Source: an uncultured Collinsella sp. (GTDB lineage Bacteria > Actinomycetota > Coriobacteriia > Coriobacteriales > Coriobacteriaceae). Taken from it: 64,000 nucleotides of DNA. Shown piece by piece: positions 56,822 through 64,000 of the stretch. The notes beneath the pieces are model-generated. The model did not search any database and had not been told where the DNA came from. It saw nothing but the letters and a program-made list of their open reading frames with translations. Location: contig UQLA01000006.1 in NCBI GenBank assembly GCA_900541745.1, positions 17,251 to 81,250 on the forward strand, in the 5' to 3' direction. The position numbers were made by a program, and so were the translations under genes. How positions within the stretch are numbered: position 1 is the first letter of the stretch; each line of letters starts with the position of its first letter.

Positions 56822-57319
56822 ATGGCTAAAGATTCCAGCTTCGACGTCGTGTCCGAGGTCAATATGCAGGAGGTCGACAATGCCTTCCAGCAGACCACGC
56901 GCGAGATTTCCCAGCGCTATGACCTGAAGGACTCCGGCGCCACCATCGAGCTTTCGAAGGGCGACAAGCTCTTTACGATCGGCGCCCCGGCCGACTTTGT
57001 CTCCAAGCAGATCATCGATGTCCTGAGCTCCAAGCTCATCAAGCGCGGCGTCGATCTTAAGGCCGTGTCCTGGGATGCGCCTCAGGCTGCATCGGGCGGT
57101 ACCGTGCGCGTGCTCGGTCACATCGTCGAGGGTATCGACCAGACGACCGCCAAGAAGATCAATAAGGACATCAAGGATCAGAAGCTCAAGGTCAAGGTGA
57201 CGATTGAGGCCGACAAACTGCGTGTTTCCTCTGCTTCCAAGGATGCGCTGCAGACCGTGATTCAGTTCCTGCGCGACCAGGACTACGGTCAGCCGCTGCA
57301 GTTCACCAACTACCGTTAA
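56822..57319 (+). CDS. yajQ: YajQ-family nucleotide-binding protein
   Basis: SSFDVVSEV...QRYD...LQFTNYR. Confidence 0.93.
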   Translation: MAKDSSFDVVSEVNMQEVDNAFQQTTREISQRYDLKDSGATIELSKGDKLFTIGAPADFVSKQIIDVLSSKLIKRGVDLKAVSWDAPQAASGGTVRVLGHIVEGIDQTTAKKINKDIKDQKLKVKVTIEADKLRVSSASKDALQTVIQFLRDQDYGQPLQFTNYR

Positions 57320-57345
57320 TTCATTCGAAAGGACCGCTCTCCAAC

Positions 57346-58695
57346 ATGGATACTCCGTTGGGCTCCGTGCTCTATATCACCCTCGGGTGCGCCAAGAACG
57401 AGGTCGATACCGACCGTATGCGTTCTCTGCTGTCCGCCGCAGGCTACGAGGAGGCATTCGATCCACAGGATGCCGATATCGCCATCGTCAATACGTGCTC
57501 GTTCCTTGCCTCTGCAACGTCCGAGAGCATCGAGACCACGCTCGAGCTTGCCAATGAGGTGCAGGACGGCGTTCGTTCCTGCCCCATCGTCATGTGCGGT
57601 TGCGTGCCGTCTCGTTACGGCGACGACCTGCCCGACGAGCTGCCCGAGGTCGCGGCCTTTGTGAAGGCCGACGAGGAAGACGGCATCGTGGCGGTCATCG
57701 ATGATGTGCTGGGTGTTGAGCGCGAGATTGCCGCCTATATTCCGCAGGTCAAGCGCACTGTCGAGGGCGCTGTCGCCTACGTCAAGATCTCCGATGGCTG
57801 CAACCGCTTCTGTAGCTTCTGCATGATCCCGTATATCCGCGGTCGTTATCACTCGCGCAATGCCGAGAGCATTATCTCCGAGGTGCGCGACCTGGTCGCC
57901 GGTGGCGTGCGCGAGATTGTTCTGATCGGTCAGGACACGGGCATCTGGGGTACCGACTTTGCCGACGAGGACCTCGCCGAGGGCGCGCCGCGCAATCTGG
58001 CGCAGCTGCTGCAGGCCGTTGCTGAGGCGGTGCGTCCTCATAACGTGTGGGTCCGCGTACTCTACCTGCAGCCCGAGGGCATGACCGACGAGCTTATCGA
58101 AACCATTCGCGATACGCCCGAGGTGCTGCCCTATATCGATATCCCTGTGCAGCACTGCGACGCGCGCATCCTCAAGGCCATGCGCCGCTCCGGTTCGCGC
58201 CAGGAGCTCGAAGACCTGTTCCGCGACCTGCGCGAGCGCATTCCCGGTATCGTGATCCGCTCCACGGCCATGGTAGGGTTCCCGACCGAGACCGACGACG
58301 AGTTCCGCGATCTTATCGACTTTATGGACACCGTCGGCTTTGACTACACGAGCGTCTTTGCCTACTCGCGTGAGGAGGGCAGCCTGGCCGCCAAGATGGA
58401 GGGCCAGGTTGACGAAGAGGTTAAGCTCGAGCGCGCCCAGGAGGCTATGGACCTGGCCGAGTCGCTCGGTTTTGCTGCAACAGCCGCACATGTGGGCGAG
58501 CGCGCCCAGGTGATCGTCGACGGTATCGAGGAGACCGATGACGGTGCCGAGCTCATCGGACATGCCTGGTTCCAGGCGCCCGATTCCGATGGCGCGGTGC
58601 ATCTGGATGCCAGCGAGGCATCTGTGGGCGATATTCTGACGGTCGAGTTTACCGATAGCTTCTGCTACGAGCTTATCGGTCATGTTGTTGAGTAG
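57346..58695 (+). CDS. rimO: Ribosomal protein S12 methylthiotransferase
   Basis: LGCAKNEVD, VNTCSF, CNRFCSFC, QAPDSDG. Confidence 0.92.
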   Translation: MDTPLGSVLYITLGCAKNEVDTDRMRSLLSAAGYEEAFDPQDADIAIVNTCSFLASATSESIETTLELANEVQDGVRSCPIVMCGCVPSRYGDDLPDELPEVAAFVKADEEDGIVAVIDDVLGVEREIAAYIPQVKRTVEGAVAYVKISDGCNRFCSFCMIPYIRGRYHSRNAESIISEVRDLVAGGVREIVLIGQDTGIWGTDFADEDLAEGAPRNLAQLLQAVAEAVRPHNVWVRVLYLQPEGMTDELIETIRDTPEVLPYIDIPVQHCDARILKAMRRSGSRQELEDLFRDLRERIPGIVIRSTAMVGFPTETDDEFRDLIDFMDTVGFDYTSVFAYSREEGSLAAKMEGQVDEEVKLERAQEAMDLAESLGFAATAAHVGERAQVIVDGIEETDDGAELIGHAWFQAPDSDGAVHLDASEASVGDILTVEFTDSFCYELIGHVVE

Positions 58696-58704
58696 GAGAG
58701 CGTC

Positions 58705-59343
58705 GTGGCTAACGAGAGCAATAAGGAACTGACGAGTGTTTGGACGCCCGCCAACATCGTGACGTGCGTGCGCATCGTCTTCATTCCGGTGTTCATGATC
58801 GTGTCGGCGCTGTCTCACATAAGCGTTGCCGGTACGGATTGGAGCACCTTCGACGGCCCGCTCGCCGCCGCCGCCTTTATACTGTACGTCATCCTGTCGT
58901 GCACCGATAAGGTTGATGGCTACCTGGCTCGTTCGCGCAACGAGATCACCGACTTCGGTAAGTTCTTGGATCCCATCGCCGATAAGTTGCTCGTGTTCTC
59001 GGCCCTGCTGCTGTTCTTGGACTTTGGTGCGGTGACTGTGTGGTCCGTGTTCATCATCCTATTCCGCGAACTGCTGGTGAGCGCCCTGCGCATGGTCGCG
59101 AGTGCGGCCGGTGTGGTCGTTGCCGCCGATAAGCTCGGCAAGTACAAGACCGCGACTACGATGGTTTCCATCTGCGGCTATCTGTGCGTCTTTGCATTGT
59201 CTGGCCTTAACCTGGCCCCGGTGGCGCTGACGCTCGGTATCTATGGCGTCTCGCGCTTCCTGTACGCCGTGGCCGTTATCCTGACCGTTATCTCGGGCGC
59301 TCAGTACTTCTGGAACTGCCGCAAGATCGTCTTTTCGGTCTAG
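58705..59343 (+). CDS. pgsA: CDP-diacylglycerol--glycerol-3-phosphate phosphatidyltransferase
   Basis: DKVDGYLAR...GKFLDPIADK motif. Confidence 0.93.
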   Translation: MANESNKELTSVWTPANIVTCVRIVFIPVFMIVSALSHISVAGTDWSTFDGPLAAAAFILYVILSCTDKVDGYLARSRNEITDFGKFLDPIADKLLVFSALLLFLDFGAVTVWSVFIILFRELLVSALRMVASAAGVVVAADKLGKYKTATTMVSICGYLCVFALSGLNLAPVALTLGIYGVSRFLYAVAVILTVISGAQYFWNCRKIVFSV

Positions 59344-59355
59344 GTCCTGGTAAGC

Positions 59356-59886
59356 ATGACGGAATCATTTGAGCAGATTGCCGCGCACAATGAAGAGCTC
59401 GCACGCGATATTGTCGAGCGTGCAGGCGTTCGTGGTGTGACGGTTTCGACGGCTGAATCTCTGACAGCCGGCATGATCGCCTCGACGATCGCCGATATCC
59501 CCGGTGCCTCGGCGGTGCTGCGCGGCGGTGCGGTGACGTACTGCGACGAGATTAAGCATCGCGTGCTCGGCGTTGAGCAGGAGACGCTCGACCGCTATAC
59601 CGCGGTGTCGTATCAGACGGCGCGCGAGATGGCTGCCGGTTCGCTGGAGCTGTACCAGAGCGATATTGCCGTGAGCGCGACGGGCTATGCCGGCCCTGGT
59701 GGAGGCACCGAGGACGATCCGGCTGGAACCTTTTATATTGGCTGGGCGTATCGCTCGGCCGATGGGGGAGCGCCGGTCGTGGACTCCATTCGTTGCCACT
59801 ATGAGGGCGATCGTTCATGCGTCCGTGCCCATGCGGTCGCTGAGGCACTGGGTCGCATTGTCTACGTGCTCGATTCTATGGAATAG
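59356..59886 (+). CDS. cinA: CinA C-terminal/PncC-family protein
   Basis: AESLTAG, PGASAV, ATGYAGPGG. Confidence 0.88.
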   Translation: MTESFEQIAAHNEELARDIVERAGVRGVTVSTAESLTAGMIASTIADIPGASAVLRGGAVTYCDEIKHRVLGVEQETLDRYTAVSYQTAREMAAGSLELYQSDIAVSATGYAGPGGGTEDDPAGTFYIGWAYRSADGGAPVVDSIRCHYEGDRSCVRAHAVAEALGRIVYVLDSME

Positions 59887-60084
59887 ACGTGTTTTAAGGG
59901 GCCTCCGGGCCCCTTAATTGTGGAGATAGGGGCCTCTGGCGAATTTTCTCTTCGTGCAGGTAGTTGGCGTATTCATGTTTGTCTTGCCTTGCTTGGTTCG
60001 CCTGCGGTCAAGTTTTTGGTCAGTGTTTGGTCGGCGTTTGGTTGGGTTTTGGAAAGGTCGGCTGCATATGATTTATCTGAACGG

Positions 60085-60113
60085 TTGACCACGAACAGCC
60101 GTTCGTTTATTAT
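60085..60113 (+). promoter_or_regulatory. recA promoter with LexA (SOS) box
   Basis: TTGACC-N17-TATTAT with CGAAC-AGCC-GTTCG (60092-60105) in the spacer. Confidence 0.9.
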
Positions 60114-60143
60114 CGATGCAGGTTGTTAAGAGGAGGGCTATTC

Positions 60144-61292
60144 ATGGCCAAGAATTCAGGTCCCGTACGTACCGTTCATGCTCGCACGACGGGTAAAGAG
60201 CGCGATGAGATGATCGCCACCACCAAGGCCGAGATCGAGAAGAAATTCGGCCAGGGTTCCATCATGAGGTACGGCGACGGTGGTCCCGAGCTCGAGGTCG
60301 AGGCCATTCCCACGGGCGCCCTGGCCCTCGATGCCGCTTTGGGCATCGGCGGCGTGCCACGCGGCCGTATCGTCGAGATTTACGGTCCCGAGTCCTCCGG
60401 TAAGACAACGCTTTCACTCGAGATTTTGGCAGAGGCCCAGGCTATGGGTGGTGTCGTGGCATTTATTGATGCCGAGCACGCGCTTGATCCCACGTATGCC
60501 GCGCGTATCGGCGTGGACATCGATGAGGTCCTCATTTCCCAGCCCGATACGGGTGAGCAGGCGCTCGAGATCGTCGACATGCTCGTGCGCTCTGGCGCCA
60601 TCGACGCCATCGTCGTCGACTCTGTCGCCGCTTTGACCCCGCGTGCCGAGATCGAGGGCGAGATCGGCGATACTACGGTCGGCCTTCAAGCCCGTCTGAT
60701 GAGCCAGGCGCTCCGTAAGCTCGCCGGCTCGCTCGCCAAATCTAAAACGACCTGCATCTTCATTAACCAGCTGCGCGAGAAGATCGGCGTCATGTTCGGC
60801 AACCCCGAGACTACGACGGGCGGCCGCGCCCTCAAGTTCTTCTCGTCGGTGCGCATCGATATTCGCCGCATCGACAGCATTAAGCTCAAGGACGAGGTCA
60901 TCGGCAATCGTGTGCGTGCCAAGGTCGTTAAGAACAAAGTGGCCGCACCGTTCCGCTCGGCCGAGTTCGATATCATGTACGGCACGGGCATCTCTAAGGA
61001 GGGCTCGATTCTGGACATGGCCGTCGAGTGCGGTATCTGCAAAAAGATGGGCTCTTGGTTTGCTTACGGTGAGGACAAGCTCGGTAATGGTCGTGAGGCC
61101 GCCAAGGCCTTCCTGCGCGAACACCCCGATTGTGCTGACGAGATCGAGCATAAGGTTCGCCTCGCCTGCGGCCTTGAGTTTGATGACGATGCTCCGTCCG
61201 AGGTTGAGCTGACCGATCAGCCCGAAACTGGGGAGTTCGATGAGCTTTACGCCATCGATGGTTCCGCGATGCTCGATGATGACGACGAGTAG
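60144..61292 (+). CDS. recA: Recombinase RecA
   Basis: [32 protein letters not shown]. Confidence 0.98.
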   Translation: MAKNSGPVRTVHARTTGKERDEMIATTKAEIEKKFGQGSIMRYGDGGPELEVEAIPTGALALDAALGIGGVPRGRIVEIYGPESSGKTTLSLEILAEAQAMGGVVAFIDAEHALDPTYAARIGVDIDEVLISQPDTGEQALEIVDMLVRSGAIDAIVVDSVAALTPRAEIEGEIGDTTVGLQARLMSQALRKLAGSLAKSKTTCIFINQLREKIGVMFGNPETTTGGRALKFFSSVRIDIRRIDSIKLKDEVIGNRVRAKVVKNKVAAPFRSAEFDIMYGTGISKEGSILDMAVECGICKKMGSWFAYGEDKLGNGREAAKAFLREHPDCADEIEHKVRLACGLEFDDDAPSEVELTDQPETGEFDELYAIDGSAMLDDDDE

Positions 61293-61303
61293 CGGATGCC
61301 CTC

Positions 61304-61996
61304 ATGTCGTATACGGTGACCGAGGCCACGGTCGTCTTTCCCGATAAGAAGGTGACCTCCTCGTTCTCGAGTGGGTATGCATCAAAAAAGTCTTGTGCAC
61401 ATATCGACTGCGAGCTCGAGGGTGGTTTTGAACGATCCATCTGGATTCCTGTTCGTGTTGCGCGCCTGTTTCTTAAAAATCGCCCCGATCTTCCCTGCGA
61501 TTGGGATGAGTTTCGCGAAGCGGTACAGCTCATTGAGCGTAAATGCGCGCTTACCATGGTGACTGAGATGCTGTCGCGCCGCGACCATGCCACGGGTGAG
61601 GTCCGTGACAAGCTGGCTCGTTACGGATTTCGCCAGCCTGCAATTGATTTTGCCGTCCAGCGTGCCACTGAGTATCGCTTTTTAGATGAGAACCGCTTTT
61701 GCTCGTACTTTATCGAGGAACGCAAACGACGTGGCTGGGGACAGCGCAAGATTGAGACCGAGCTCAAGCGCCGCCATGTCGTACTCGATGATATCCCCGG
61801 CTATCCCGAGAATTATTTTGCCGCGGATGACGACTTGGCTCGCGCATCGGCTCTACTCGCGAAGCGTCGTGTTCCCGAGACACGTGGATTCGAAAAGCTC
61901 GTCCGGTTTTTGATGGGCAAGGGCTTTTCGTACCGCATCGCCGCCGATGCGGTTAAGGCGCGTCTCGATGCCGAACGTGAGGAGTGTGTAGTTTAG
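61304..61996 (+). CDS. recX: Regulatory protein RecX
   Basis: LSRRDH...LDENRF...GQRKIETELKRR...LMGKGF; follows recA. Confidence 0.88.
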   Translation: MSYTVTEATVVFPDKKVTSSFSSGYASKKSCAHIDCELEGGFERSIWIPVRVARLFLKNRPDLPCDWDEFREAVQLIERKCALTMVTEMLSRRDHATGEVRDKLARYGFRQPAIDFAVQRATEYRFLDENRFCSYFIEERKRRGWGQRKIETELKRRHVVLDDIPGYPENYFAADDDLARASALLAKRRVPETRGFEKLVRFLMGKGFSYRIAADAVKARLDAEREECVV

Positions 61997-62069
61997 ACAC
62001 ATGCTAGACGCATGCGTTTTGCGTACCCGCCGTTCACCGCGTTTTAGTCGCCGTACCGAGTCCATTTAT

Positions 62070-62098
62070 TTGACAGTTGTTACGGTTCAACGTACGAT
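62070..62098 (+). promoter_or_regulatory. Sigma-70-type promoter of rny
   Basis: TTGACA-N17-TACGAT. Confidence 0.7.
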
Positions 62099-62258
62099 AA
62101 ACACTGTCATTTGCTTTGTGATATGTGCTCATCTTTGATGAGTTTGTTTATATGTTTATCTGTATCCGACCCGCATAAGCTGCGCCCATATTACTCAAAT
62201 GTCGCGAGCCGTTCGTAAGGACGGTTCGCTTTGTTGTGTAACGAATCCATAAAAAGGA

Positions 62259-63815
62259 GTGAGCATGCCTATCATCGCAGCGCTCGTTGGCATTGTTTTG
62301 GGTGCCATCGCCGCCATTGCCTACATGCGCACCGCCAAGCAGGGTAGTCTTCACGAGGCCGACGAAAAGATCCAGTCGGCTCACGCACAGGCTGAGTCCC
62401 TAATCGGTGATGCAAAGCGTCAGGCCGAGACCCTCAAAAAAGAGGCTCTGCTTGAGGCCAAGGAAGAGATTATCAAGAATAAGCAGGCTGCCGAGGCCGA
62501 GGACAAGCAGCGTAAGAGTGAGATTCGTACGCTCGAGAACCGCGTGATGCAGCGCGAGGAGTCTCTCGATCGCCGCAACGATGCCCTCGACAAGCGTGAG
62601 CATCAGCTGTCCAGCCAGGCTGGCCAGGTCGAGAAGCGCTCCCGCGAGCTTGAGGAACTCTGCGCCAAGCAGACCTCGGAGCTCGAGCGCATCGCCGACC
62701 TGACCCGCGAGGATGCTCACAAGGAGCTCCTCGACAAGGTTCGTGGCGAGGTTACCCACGAGGCCGCTACGATTATCCGTGAGTCCGAGCAGCAGGTTCG
62801 CGCCGAGTGCCATAAGACCGCCCAGGAGATCTTGTCTCTGGCGATTCAGCGCTGTGCCGCCGATCACACCGCCGAGGTCACCGTTACCTCCGTGCATATT
62901 CCGTCTGACGACCTGAAGGGCCGCATCATCGGCCGCGAGGGTCGCAACATCCGCACCTTCGAGCAGGTTTCCGGCGTTAACCTCGTGATTGACGATACGC
63001 CCGAGACCGTCGTGCTTTCGAGCTTCGATCCCGTCCGTCGCGAGACCGCGCGCGTCGCCCTCGAGAACCTTATTGCTGACGGCCGCATTCACCCTGCCCG
63101 TATCGAGGAGATGTATCACAAGGCCGCCGACTTGGTTCAGCAGCGCGTGCGCGAGGCTGGCGAACAGGCTGCCTTCGATACCGGTATCCACGATCTGCAC
63201 CCCGAGATCGTTAAGACCCTTGGTGCTCTGCGCTACCGCACCTCGTTTGGTCAGAACGTGCTCCAGCACTCCCTCGAGGTTTCCGACCTGTGCGGCGTGA
63301 TGGCTTCCGAGCTTGGCCTGGACGTTGTGACCGCCAAGCGTGCTGGTCTGCTGCACGATCTTGGCAAGGCTATCGACCATGACGTCGAGGGTCCGCATGC
63401 CGTTATCGGCGCCGAGCTCGCCCGTCGCTATGGCGAGAAGCCCGTTATCGTTCACGCTATCGAGGCTCACCACGCCGACGTCGACCCCAACACGGTGCTC
63501 GATGTTCTGGTCCAGGCTGCCGATGCCGTTTCTGCCTCTCGCCCCGGTGCCCGTCGCGAATCGGCCGAGAACTACATCAAGCGCCTTGAGAAGCTCGAGG
63601 AGATCGCCAATTCCCATGACGGCGTCGAGCGTACCTATGCCATGCAGGCTGGTCGCGAGGTCCACGTCATGGTTCAGCCGGACAAGATCTCCGATGCTCA
63701 GTCCACGGTCTTGGCTCATGACATCGCCCATCAGATCGAGGAAGAGATGGAGTATCCCGGTCAGGTGCGCGTCGTCGTGATTCGTGAGAGCCGCGCTGTC
63801 GATATCGCTAAATAA
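62259..63815 (+). CDS. rny: Ribonuclease Y
   Basis: N-terminal TM, coiled coil, KH domain [14 protein letters not shown] domain LLHDLGK. Confidence 0.96.
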   Translation: MSMPIIAALVGIVLGAIAAIAYMRTAKQGSLHEADEKIQSAHAQAESLIGDAKRQAETLKKEALLEAKEEIIKNKQAAEAEDKQRKSEIRTLENRVMQREESLDRRNDALDKREHQLSSQAGQVEKRSRELEELCAKQTSELERIADLTREDAHKELLDKVRGEVTHEAATIIRESEQQVRAECHKTAQEILSLAIQRCAADHTAEVTVTSVHIPSDDLKGRIIGREGRNIRTFEQVSGVNLVIDDTPETVVLSSFDPVRRETARVALENLIADGRIHPARIEEMYHKAADLVQQRVREAGEQAAFDTGIHDLHPEIVKTLGALRYRTSFGQNVLQHSLEVSDLCGVMASELGLDVVTAKRAGLLHDLGKAIDHDVEGPHAVIGAELARRYGEKPVIVHAIEAHHADVDPNTVLDVLVQAADAVSASRPGARRESAENYIKRLEKLEEIANSHDGVERTYAMQAGREVHVMVQPDKISDAQSTVLAHDIAHQIEEEMEYPGQVRVVVIRESRAVDIAK

Positions 63816-63816
63816 C

Positions 63817-64000
63817 ATGAACGACGCGAACGAGCTCATCTCATTTATCGCGTCGATGTCGGGGGAGGGCAACCTTCGCGTCGAGGAGAACCTTGGCGAG
63901 GGGTATGTCCGCCTCCGCGTTTCGGAGGCCGAGCGGCGCCAGGCAAAACACGACATTCAGCATGTCGAGGATATTGTCATCGAAATGCTGCGCAACGCTC
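63817..64000 (+). CDS. GHKL/HATPase-like ATP-binding protein (3'-partial)
   Basis: MNDANELISF...EDIVIEMLRNA (ExxxN box); runs off the window end. Confidence 0.6.
   Translation, partial: MNDANELISFIASMSGEGNLRVEENLGEGYVRLRVSEAERRQAKHDIQHVEDIVIEMLRNA

Noticed and set aside
59920..60129. 69-aa ORF upstream of recA
   Set aside because: T-rich intergenic DNA overlapping the recA promoter and LexA box; no coding signature.

Overview
High-GC actinobacterial chromosome segment, most likely Coriobacteriia (Collinsella-like, judged from gene order and protein style). An apparently complete ~40.1 kb siphovirus-type prophage (7653-47812) is integrated into the last codons of rpsO, between rpsO and pnp. 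It is bounded by a 12-bp direct repeat (CAACATCCAGTA). Left host flank: dnaJ-like, dnaJ, mtaB, phoH, ybeY, dgkA, era, recO, rpsO. Prophage order: tyrosine integrase, repressor/cro switch with four operators, small early genes, Xis-like HTH, recombination/replication genes, paralog arrays, dUTPase, primase-helicase with an iteron-like origin, RusA, HNH/terminase, HK97-type head, tail (with a -1 frameshift chaperone), collagen-repeat fibre and lysis cassette. Right host flank: pnp, rnj, ftsK, rodZ-like, yajQ, rimO, pgsA, cinA, recA (LexA box), recX, rny and a partial GHKL ATPase. Most notable unexplained signals: (1) a phage-specific GGGGGAC-N8-NANNNT motif ahead of the late transcription units, suggesting an uncharacterised late-promoter/activator system; (2) a pair of long covarying hairpin elements between pnp and rnj with a conserved core but different self-complementary arms; (3) att junctions in which phage arms form inverted repeats with host arms; (4) tandem cassette-like paralog arrays with conserved junctions. 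All calls come from manual reading; no database searches were run.
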